Below, in pieces: positions 45,512 to 52,114 of a DNA stretch of 64,000 bases; the stretch's first letter is position 1, and every line of letters begins with the position of its first letter. The stretch is from an uncultured Candidatus Saccharibacteria bacterium (GTDB lineage Bacteria; Patescibacteriota; Saccharimonadia; Saccharimonadales; CAIOMD01). The notes under the pieces are model-generated. The model did no database searches, was not told the DNA's origin, and was given only the letters and a program-made list of their open reading frames with translations. The DNA lies in NCBI GenBank assembly GCA_903859365.1, contig CAIOMD010000002.1:17931-81930 (forward strand), read 5' to 3'. A program made the position numbers and the translations under genes.

Positions 45512-46237
45512 TTAGGACTTAGTCAGAAAAATATTCTCATTTTTTTTGAGAAAATTAAAACTCTTTTTTACTATCTTATTATCTAATGAAAAAAACTCAG
45601 CGTCATCAAACTGCTTGCTCTTATTTATTTTAATTAAAATATTTTTGTCTTTGGTTGCATTAATTTCAAAAAAAATATCTAAATATTGTTCCCTCTTTAT
45701 TTGGTGTCGCAATATATGCTTCAAATTTGATTTTACTATTTTAAGGTGCAGATTATCTCTACAATAATCACGCAGCGTGCCTTCAATATCATTATTAATT
45801 ACTGTAGTTCCGGGTAATGAAAATATGTTTTCATCCCGTTTCTCTACAAATAAATATTTTCCTTGGTTCCGTATTAATACAAAAACCCGTATAAAAGGTT
45901 TTACGCTTTTTTCTTCATTCTGTCTCAGTTTACTTAACCACATCTCTGCGACTAATGTACCATACGGCGGCACGCTCATTAGTCCAATTAAAAACCCTTT
46001 CTTAAACGACCATCCAAGGCTTGCATACGTTGCGAGGACCGCTGCGATATAAGCAAAAAAAAGTAATCCATGAATCTGCCCAGCGAACGACACAAGTATC
46101 TTATTCCCGTGCATCAAGTATTTTTGTGCACCCAGTGACCCTATTAAGAGCGTCCAACCGAACGCTTCACCAAATGCTGAAAGCCTGTAGATTCCCCAAG
46201 CTTCTTTATCTGAAAAAATATTTTTATGAATTGGCAT
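45512..46237 (-). CDS. membrane protein (DUF3817-like N-terminus) fused to a degenerate Nudix-like domain
   Basis: The N-terminal four helices resemble DUF3817. The C-terminal part (VFVLIRNQGKYLFVEKRDENIFSLPG) looks Nudix-fold but lacks the REx2EE box. Confidence 0.5.
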   Translation of the reverse strand: MPIHKNIFSDKEAWGIYRLSAFGEAFGWTLLIGSLGAQKYLMHGNKILVSFAGQIHGLLFFAYIAAVLATYASLGWSFKKGFLIGLMSVPPYGTLVAEMWLSKLRQNEEKSVKPFIRVFVLIRNQGKYLFVEKRDENIFSLPGTTVINNDIEGTLRDYCRDNLHLKIVKSNLKHILRHQIKREQYLDIFFEINATKDKNILIKINKSKQFDDAEFFSLDNKIVKKSFNFLKKNENIFLTKS

Positions 46238-46315
46238 AGTTTAATTGTAAATGAATTATTGTATTAATCGGTATTCTGTTTACAGATAAAAATAAATAAA
46301 TCATACTTATAGTCA

Positions 46316-46765
46316 ATGAATAACCTTGAAATAGTCGAATCACACTTCTATGATCCGCAGCTTGCCAAAGATTATGACGCTTTACTGGCCAGTCTTCATT
46401 TAACTGAAACTTTCAGCCATGATCGTGATGAAATACAAAAAGTTAGCGAGAGTAGCTCATCTCATCTTTACTTAGGTATGTTAGCTGAGCGAGCAGTTGC
46501 AATGACAACACTGATTGATCCTTATGATTCTATCGGCCACAGAACTGCGCGCATTGAAGACTTTTCAGTTGCAAGAGAACACCACAGAAAAGGTTTCGCC
46601 GGTGTCATGCTTAAATTTATTATCGATCAAGCTTCGGCAAAGGGCGCCGATAGAATTGAACTTACGAGCTCAAGCAAAAGAGAAGATGCGCACGGCCTTT
46701 ATCTTAAAAATGGCTTCACGTTTGTTGATACAAACATAATGCGCCTCATACTTAGCGAAAATTAA
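46316..46765 (+). CDS. GNAT family N-acetyltransferase
   Basis: 149 aa. Acetyl-CoA motif HHRKGFAGVMLKFII and YLKNGF. Confidence 0.85.
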   Translation: MNNLEIVESHFYDPQLAKDYDALLASLHLTETFSHDRDEIQKVSESSSSHLYLGMLAERAVAMTTLIDPYDSIGHRTARIEDFSVAREHHRKGFAGVMLKFIIDQASAKGADRIELTSSSKREDAHGLYLKNGFTFVDTNIMRLILSEN

Positions 46766-46923
46766 AGATTTGGGTTGGTTTGCCTGTTATTTTCAATAAC
46801 TTCTTCTACCGTTGCACCGGTCGATCGAGCGATTGCTTCAAGTTCACTGAGTGCAATGCGTTCAAAGTTCACGCCTGCGTTAAACTCTGAATTATCAATA
46901 TTCTTGGGTGTAAATTTTTCCAT
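46762..46923 (-). CDS. candidate 53-aa protein
   Basis: Own translation MEKFTPKNIDNSEFNAGVNFERIALSELEAIARSTGATVEEVIENNRQTNPNL. Extended -10 TGGTACAAT lies 9 nt upstream of the ATG. Its stop overlaps the GNAT stop. Confidence 0.35.
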   Translation of the reverse strand: MEKFTPKNIDNSEFNAGVNFERIALSELEAIARSTGATVEEVIENNRQTNPNL

Positions 46924-47022
46924 TGTTTAGAAATTGTACCAATTTTAACCAAATAGGAAAATCATCTTGCACTATTATATTTATCTAAATATCTTCAGAA
47001 GACTTTCTGTATACTTAAATAA

Positions 47023-47568
47023 ATGTATAAGAAATTAAGCAACTACCTCTACCTTTCGCTACTATTATTTATTCTAGGTGTTATTGTGAGCTGCGTTATA
47101 AAACCCCATGGGTTAGTCGCAAACTGTGGGGTCAGTTATTTTGGTATTTATGCTGTCACCCTAGTTCCCTATTTCGTCTCACTAATAGGCCCGGCTATTC
47201 TCTTCATTTTAGCTGCACGGCTTTTAGGAAATAAAAATGAATTACTGAAAAATTTCTTCTGGGCATTTGCCATACTGCTTATTGGCCTCGGTATAACCCC
47301 ATACTCAATTAACTCATTTGTAAGCGCGCTCCACACAACGCTTGGCAGTATTCTCTTCGCATCACAGCTTCTACTTAGTGGAATTATTGCCATAGAATAC
47401 AAACATCACCGGAGCCTAACGTATTTATGGATTATTGAATTTATCGCTGGTGTGATGTGCGCCCTTTACGTAACACCACAAAAAGGCTATCTCCTAGAAT
47501 ACCAAGTTGCCTTTGAAATAGCTTTTTCGACAATTCTTATTCTTTATTCAAAACTACTTCAAGATTAA
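47023..47568 (+). CDS. hypothetical polytopic membrane protein
   Basis: 181 aa with about 6 TM helices. Confidence 0.6.
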   Translation: MYKKLSNYLYLSLLLFILGVIVSCVIKPHGLVANCGVSYFGIYAVTLVPYFVSLIGPAILFILAARLLGNKNELLKNFFWAFAILLIGLGITPYSINSFVSALHTTLGSILFASQLLLSGIIAIEYKHHRSLTYLWIIEFIAGVMCALYVTPQKGYLLEYQVAFEIAFSTILILYSKLLQD

Positions 47569-47643
47569 CTCTGAATAAAGCCTTTAAAGAAAAATCTAGT
47601 CTATACTAGAGTTATGAAGGTTAAAAATAAACAGATTTTAGTG

Positions 47644-47891
47644 ACAGGTCTGGGGAAAGGGTCAGGTTTTCGTCTGCTTGCTCCTTCAGGACGGGAGGGA
47701 CTGGGTTAGAACTAAATTACGGGGGTGAAAATGAAAGAACCGCCCTTTCGGACGGTTCCAACATTTGTAACTTACGTACAGTAAATTAGCATATTGTCTG
47801 ACCAAGGAGAGAAGTTAGGGACAGGTCTGGGAACCTGGTCTACCTATTTCTCTGCTGGGTCTGGCTCAGCATGTCGGTCTAGAACCGAGTC
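47644..47891 (-). repeat. conserved ~248-nt non-coding element, copy A (tRNA-3'-end-like head plus hairpins plus terminator-like hairpin); candidate structured RNA
   Basis: Aligns over its whole length with 50352-50598 (roughly three quarters identical by eye, not computed), with blocks such as CTGGGTTAGAACTA, GGTTCCAACATTTGTAACTTACG and TCTGACCAA.GAGAGAAGTTA. Starts 1 nt after the GNAT stop codon on the minus strand. Confidence 0.5.
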
Positions 47892-48440
47892 CTATCCTAG
47901 CGACAGCTCCAGCTTTATTGGTTGCCAGGTCAGCCCGTTCTCATCGGAGTAAGGCTCACCGTCCTCAACGAAACCAAGACCTTTGTTCATATTGCTCACG
48001 ATGGTATTACTTACCAGGTGTCGAGTGTAAATTGCCGGCGCATGAAGAACGTCCTTCACATAATCGACGGCTGATTGCATCACCGATGCGCCAATCCCTT
48101 TTCCCCGGTACTCAGGGTTACCAATCATAATGTGGATGCTCGGTGGCTTCACGCCGTGATTCTCAAATAGCTCAATCCATACCGCGCCGATAGTCTTACC
48201 GTCGACAACTATCATGCGTGTCATCTGCTTGTTATCTTTCTCGAGGTCCAAAAACTCACGGAGGGTTGCCTTCTCTCCCTCAAGTGTCGATGGCTCTATT
48301 TCGTCTTCGGCGTTTCCCATACTCAGTAGTGTGGCATGACCTTCTGGTCGCTCAAACCAGCTGAGTGCAAAAGATGCATCGCGCTCCGCGTCCGGTACTA
48401 AAAGCTGTATATCAGGTCGATTGGATTGCATGTTTTTCAT
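47892..48440 (-). CDS. GNAT family N-acetyltransferase (GC-rich, probably foreign)
   Basis: 182 aa. RGKGIGASVMQSAVDYV acetyl-CoA motif, NKGLGF. The DNA is clearly richer in G+C than its flanks. Confidence 0.85.
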   Translation of the reverse strand: MKNMQSNRPDIQLLVPDAERDASFALSWFERPEGHATLLSMGNAEDEIEPSTLEGEKATLREFLDLEKDNKQMTRMIVVDGKTIGAVWIELFENHGVKPPSIHIMIGNPEYRGKGIGASVMQSAVDYVKDVLHAPAIYTRHLVSNTIVSNMNKGLGFVEDGEPYSDENGLTWQPIKLELSLG

Positions 48441-48533
48441 TCCTCTTTCGTTAGTTCGTGAGCGTCGAGTGATTCAGCTACCTGTTCAAGTGAAGCCCTT
48501 CTCTGGGTTAGTGTCTAACACTAAAAGTACAAA

Positions 48534-48562
48534 TTGGCTCGGGCTAGAGTCGGATTTTCGAA
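48534..48562 (-). repeat. 29-nt repeat, copy 1 (tRNA 3'-end-like, minus strand TTCGAAAATCCGACTCTAGCCCGAGCCAA)
   Basis: Identical to 51903-51931. Lies 6 nt after the stop of the pilin-like gene. Confidence 0.7.
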
Positions 48563-48568
48563 GCCTGT

Positions 48569-49264
48569 TTAGTAATGCATTGACTCAAAGATGAGCTTAG
48601 CTTTACTAAAGTCAGGATTATTTTCCATAGATGAAACAGATTTATATACAGGCTGATTATTCGATGAATCTTTAGGTCCATTACTATAACTAAAATAATC
48701 ATCGGTCGGACATACTTGATTCACATTGCATACTTGTGTAATATTTTTTGCTGGTATAAAACCGCCTGAAACCGCAGCCCCGGTAGGCTGATCTGGAGTT
48801 CCGGTGACAAGTAATCCTTCGGATGAAGCCTGAATTTTTAGCTGGGTTGGTTTTCCTAAAAATGTGATGGGCACTGAAGCGTAGGTTTTCATAGGAGAAT
48901 CGCCTGCTATTATTCCGGTTCGTAAAGTTATGACATTTCCTGAAGGACTTGCCAATAATGTAGTATCAGCATTATCAACCTGGAGCGATGGAGGATAATC
49001 TGTTAAGGTCCAATCTGCTGGATACTTAAAGGTTATTTTTTCATATTTTAGTGTACCAGTTTTCCAACCAGCATATGGATAAACTGCAGTAGTTTTAGTG
49101 GTTGTTGCAGTCGTAGATGAACTACTGGTCTTAGACTTCTTGTTTACTTGTTTAAAGCCTAGGTAGCCTAGTCCTCCTACGAGAATGAGTACTACTATTA
49201 GTAATAGGACTTCAACGAGTGTGAAGCCTTTGTTCTTATTAGTGTTGTTAGATATCTTGCCCAT
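48569..49264 (-). CDS. type IV pilin-like protein (prepilin-type N-terminal cleavage/methylation domain)
   Basis: MGKISNNTNKNKG/FTLVEVLLLIVVLILVGG is a class III signal (Gly-1, Phe+1, Glu+5) with a hydrophobic helix. The start is set at the Met at 49264 rather than the track start 49345. Confidence 0.75.
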   Translation of the reverse strand: MGKISNNTNKNKGFTLVEVLLLIVVLILVGGLGYLGFKQVNKKSKTSSSSTTATTTKTTAVYPYAGWKTGTLKYEKITFKYPADWTLTDYPPSLQVDNADTTLLASPSGNVITLRTGIIAGDSPMKTYASVPITFLGKPTQLKIQASSEGLLVTGTPDQPTGAAVSGGFIPAKNITQVCNVNQVCPTDDYFSYSNGPKDSSNNQPVYKSVSSMENNPDFSKAKLIFESMHY

Positions 49265-49396
49265 TGTAGATATGTACTTTCTATTTATATTGTTAGTTAG
49301 TTCTAAGCATAAGTATATTAAAAAAAATTGAAAAGAAAAGACCATCTAATTTTAGGCTCACCTTATTTTAGGTTACATCTGTTAATTATTAAGTTT

Positions 49397-50281
49397 TTAG
49401 TCTTCTTTGAAGTCTGCGGCAATCATCCACTTATCGCGCATGCGAAATGCTGGTAAGGTGCCACGTACGGCTTTGTTTATAGCAGCATTTCCTGCTAGAC
49501 CATTTGCTTTTGCCCAGGCGGAAACAGTAATAATTCTTGGGGCCGACAGCAATGTAATTCGTTTATAAAGTGATTCAATTAGTAAGCCCGCAAGAAGTTC
49601 CGTGAATTCGTCGAATTTATTAGTAACTCTATAGGAGTCAAAGGCTGGGTAATAGCTTGTATGTTTGTTTTTGTTTTGAATAATCACAGGTGGAAGTCCC
49701 AACATCATCAGTTGCTGATTTATGAGCACTCGCCCTAATCGTCCGTTGCCGTCATTGAATGGATGGATAGTTTCAAATTCTGCATGAAACCACGCAATCT
49801 TGTTTAGAAAATAGCCATCGTCTGGTTTGTTATAGTTTGCTATAAGCTCTTTGATTAATTGTTCAACAAAGTCTGGGTTAGCACCAATGTGTGCACCTAC
49901 GCGTACCCACTCTTTGCCGCTGCGAAACCTACCAGCCCATTCATCTTTGATGCCCGTAAGAAGCAACTTGTGAAGCTCCAAAATAGAAGTATCATTGATC
50001 ACTTTATATTGATTATCAAGCAAAGTTTGAGTAATTTTTGCTAGATTTTTAGCTTCGTATATCTCACGAATATCATGGTCATTTTTTATTGAATCCCTGA
50101 GTAGAATATCTTCGGTATCCTTTAGGGTTAGAGTAGAGTTTTCTATGGCATTGCTGTTATAGACCATCTCTGGTATTTCTGCGATAGCGATTTCACGAAC
50201 AGCCTCAGGTTTAATTCTCACAAGCATTTGATATTGTTCAGTTAACGTTGCTATTCGGTCTTTTGTGACTTTATTAATCAT
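49397..50281 (-). CDS. Fic family protein (AMPylase-type) with N-terminal inhibitory motif
   Basis: Fic motif HPFNDGNGRLGR. SNAIEN fits the (S/T)xxxE(G/N) alpha-inh motif. 294 aa. Confidence 0.9.
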   Translation of the reverse strand: MINKVTKDRIATLTEQYQMLVRIKPEAVREIAIAEIPEMVYNSNAIENSTLTLKDTEDILLRDSIKNDHDIREIYEAKNLAKITQTLLDNQYKVINDTSILELHKLLLTGIKDEWAGRFRSGKEWVRVGAHIGANPDFVEQLIKELIANYNKPDDGYFLNKIAWFHAEFETIHPFNDGNGRLGRVLINQQLMMLGLPPVIIQNKNKHTSYYPAFDSYRVTNKFDEFTELLAGLLIESLYKRITLLSAPRIITVSAWAKANGLAGNAAINKAVRGTLPAFRMRDKWMIAADFKED

Positions 50282-50287
50282 AAGTAC

Positions 50288-50343
50288 ATTGTATCATACT
50301 TTACGTGAAAATTGGTAGATATGTGCATAATTTCACGTAAAGT
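50288..50343 (-). promoter_or_regulatory. leaderless-type promoter of the 294-aa Fic gene with 13-bp inverted repeat
   Basis: Minus strand TGATACAAT (extended -10, complement of 50288-50296), then 6 nt to the ATG at 50281. Perfect inverted repeat ACTTTACGTGAAA (50298-50310) / TTTCACGTAAAGT (50331-50343), 20-nt spacer. Confidence 0.5.
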
Positions 50344-50351
50344 TGTAAAAG

Positions 50352-50598
50352 AAAGGTCCCGGGGAACGGGTCAACGTTTTGGGTGCTTGCTTGCTCGGGA
50401 CGAGAGAGGCTGGGTTAGAACTAATCTACAGGGGTGAAATGAAAAAACCACCATTTCTGGTGGTTCCAACATTTGTAACTTACGAACTGTAAATTAGTAT
50501 TTCTCTGACCAAAGAGAGAAGTTACTGTAGGTCTAGGAACTAGGTCTACGTTTTTCTCTGCTTGGTCTGGCTCTGCGAACCGGATTTGAACCAAAGTC
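50352..50598 (-). repeat. conserved ~248-nt non-coding element, copy B
   Basis: Homologous to 47644-47891. Minus-strand head TTTGGTTCAAATCCGGTTCGCAGAGCCA matches the tRNA-Asn 3' end at 21 of 28 positions. Hairpin AACCACCA-GAAA-TGGTGGTT followed by TTTTTTC (50446-50465). Confidence 0.5.
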
Positions 50599-50608
50599 AT
50601 AAAAGAAT

Positions 50609-50674
50609 ACAAGGACATTTACAAGGACATTTACAAGGACATTTTTGTCGAGTAGTGTGGTATAATTAGAGTAT
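50609..50674 (+). promoter_or_regulatory. three perfect tandem 12-bp repeats plus extended -10 promoter of the 333-aa Fic gene
   Basis: ACAAGGACATTT x3 (50609-50644). TGGTATAAT with TATAAT at 50661-50666, 8 nt before the ATG at 50675. Confidence 0.5.
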
Positions 50675-51676
50675 ATGAAAGACTATTCACCAGTTTATAA
50701 GATAACACCAAAAATTACCAATCTTGTGTATCAAATTGCGCAAGATTTGGAACGAATTAACATTATCCGTGAACAAGTCCTTACGCCTCATCTACGTCGT
50801 GAAAACCGTATTAAGACTATCCGATCGTCGCTTTATATAGAAGCAAACACCCTAAGCCTAGAACAGGTTGCAGATGTAATAGACGGCAAAACTGTTATCG
50901 GTCCAGAAAGTGAGATTCTGGAAGTAAAAAACGCTATCAAAGCTTATGACAAACTACTTGGATGCGATCCTTACGATGTCAAAGATTTACTAGCCGAACA
51001 CGAGCTGATGACCAAAGATACAGTAAAAGAACACGGTCGGTTTCCTAATAGTGGGGTTGGTGTATATGCCGGCAATGTACCCATTCATGTTGCCCCACCA
51101 GCAGAACAAGTGCCAATACTGATTGAACAATTACTGAAATGGGTAAAAGATGCTGAGTTACCTCAAGTTATTAAATCCTGCATTTTCCATTATGAATTTG
51201 AGTTTATTCATCCATTTGCAGATGGTAACGGTCGGATGGGGAGAATGTGGCAAACTCTTCTTCTCTATCAGGAAAATCCAGTATTTGGGTGGTTACCCGT
51301 TGAGACAGTTATCGCAAAACGACAAGAGAAATACTACTCAGCAATCCAACAATCAACCAAAGAAAGTGACAGTGCAATATTCGCCGAGTTCATGTTAACG
51401 GCTCTTGCTGAAGCGGTGGCAGAGTTCAAGAATAATCAGGGTGTAATCGGAAAGTCTCTTGAAGCACCTTTAAGTAGCACCGAGCAAATTGTATTAAAAG
51501 CTATCGTGAGTAATCCATATACTACCTACCAAGAAATTGCCGAAAAAATTGGCAAAACACCAAAAACCGTTCAACGTACACTTGCCAGTTTAAAAGATCG
51601 TGGGCTTGTATCCCGAGTAGGTTCAGACAAGACTGGACATTGGGTAAGTTATGGGAAATTAAATAAGAATATATAA
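50675..51676 (+). CDS. Fic family protein with C-terminal winged-helix DNA-binding domain
   Basis: Fic motif HPFADGNGRMGR. N-terminal SLYIEA (alpha-inh-like, Gly/Asn replaced by Ala). C-terminal wHTH YQEIAEKIGKTPKTVQRTLASLKDRGLV. Confidence 0.9.
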   Translation: MKDYSPVYKITPKITNLVYQIAQDLERINIIREQVLTPHLRRENRIKTIRSSLYIEANTLSLEQVADVIDGKTVIGPESEILEVKNAIKAYDKLLGCDPYDVKDLLAEHELMTKDTVKEHGRFPNSGVGVYAGNVPIHVAPPAEQVPILIEQLLKWVKDAELPQVIKSCIFHYEFEFIHPFADGNGRMGRMWQTLLLYQENPVFGWLPVETVIAKRQEKYYSAIQQSTKESDSAIFAEFMLTALAEAVAEFKNNQGVIGKSLEAPLSSTEQIVLKAIVSNPYTTYQEIAEKIGKTPKTVQRTLASLKDRGLVSRVGSDKTGHWVSYGKLNKNI

Positions 51677-51828
51677 GTATATAAATTCATGAAATTAAGA
51701 TTAGCCATAACCAAACTTTTCCAAAAACTAACCTACACTGGTGATGTTGTATCTGTTAACTATACGAATTTTAGTCGAGCTATTGCTCAGAATGTGTTAA
51801 AAACTAATAATTTGCTAGGAGGCAAAAT

Positions 51829-51948
51829 ATGAGTAACCAAACTATTAAAAAAGACCCCGATAACAGGGGTCGTAATGAGCTCAATGAGCGCTTGCGTTCT
51901 ATTTGGCTCGGGCTAGAGTCGGATTTTCGAACTATGGTAGTTGTGTGA
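51829..51948 (+). CDS. possible 39-aa ORF overlapping the 29-nt repeat
   Basis: Own translation MSNQTIKKDPDNRGRNELNERLRSIWLGLESDFRTMVVV. AGGAGG lies 7 nt upstream. It overlaps an antisense terminator and the repeat, so it may be fortuitous. Confidence 0.25.
   Translation: MSNQTIKKDPDNRGRNELNERLRSIWLGLESDFRTMVVV
51847..51871 (-). terminator. intrinsic terminator downstream of the Nudix module
   Basis: Minus strand GACCCC-TGTTATC-GGGGTC followed by TTTTTT. Confidence 0.55.
51903..51931 (-). repeat. 29-nt repeat, copy 2
   Basis: Identical to 48534-48562. Directly abuts the TAG (51932-51934) that ends the out-of-frame Nudix continuation. Confidence 0.7.
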
Positions 51949-52114
51949 TTATAGCGAGTGCGGCTTCTAAAAACACCAAATCCCTTGCCTTCACTAATTT
52001 ACCATCAAGATTTTCAGGGTTAGCCCTGGCTACTAATTTTGCTGCATCATGGATGTTATTCGCCCATATAACGTTGTGGCCTTCTTCGGATTCAAAACTA
52101 GTTAAGTTTTGTCG
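51932..52114 (-). pseudogene. out-of-frame 3' continuation of the Nudix gene (60 codons, no start codon)
   Basis: Own translation RQNLTSFESEEGHNVIWANNIHDAAKLVARANPENLDGKLVKARDLVFLEAALAIITQLP. Reads like the usual C-terminal part of Nudix hydrolases. Overlaps the end of the 118-aa ORF in another frame. Confidence 0.45.

Noticed and set aside
47737-47758. Hairpin GAACCG.../...CGGTTC resembling a group II intron domain V
   Set aside because: It is too short, lacks the AGC triad and 2-nt bulge, and there are no intron 5'/3' boundary motifs or an IEP gene.
47644-50598. Idea that the 248-nt element is a tmRNA (including a permuted two-piece form)
   Set aside because: The T-arm/acceptor-like 3' part has no complementary 5' acceptor strand anywhere in the element. 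The end is GCCA with tRNA-Asn-like sequence rather than the alanine-type G3:U70/ACCA end. I find no tag reading frame, and there are two copies.
50421-50618. 65-aa minus-strand ORF inside copy B of the conserved element
   Set aside because: The equivalent frame in copy A (47644-47891) hits a TAG after about 13 codons, and indels shift the frame. The conservation pattern is not codon-like.
50609-50644. Possible CRISPR array
   Set aside because: It is three contiguous 12-bp units with no spacers, so it is a simple tandem repeat in a promoter region. No CRISPR-like repeat-spacer structure or cas genes exist anywhere in the window.
47644-51931. Idea that the repeat pairs are template/variable repeats of a diversity-generating retroelement
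   Set aside because: Substitutions between copies are of all types, not adenine-specific. The repeats are non-coding, and no reverse transcriptase gene is present.
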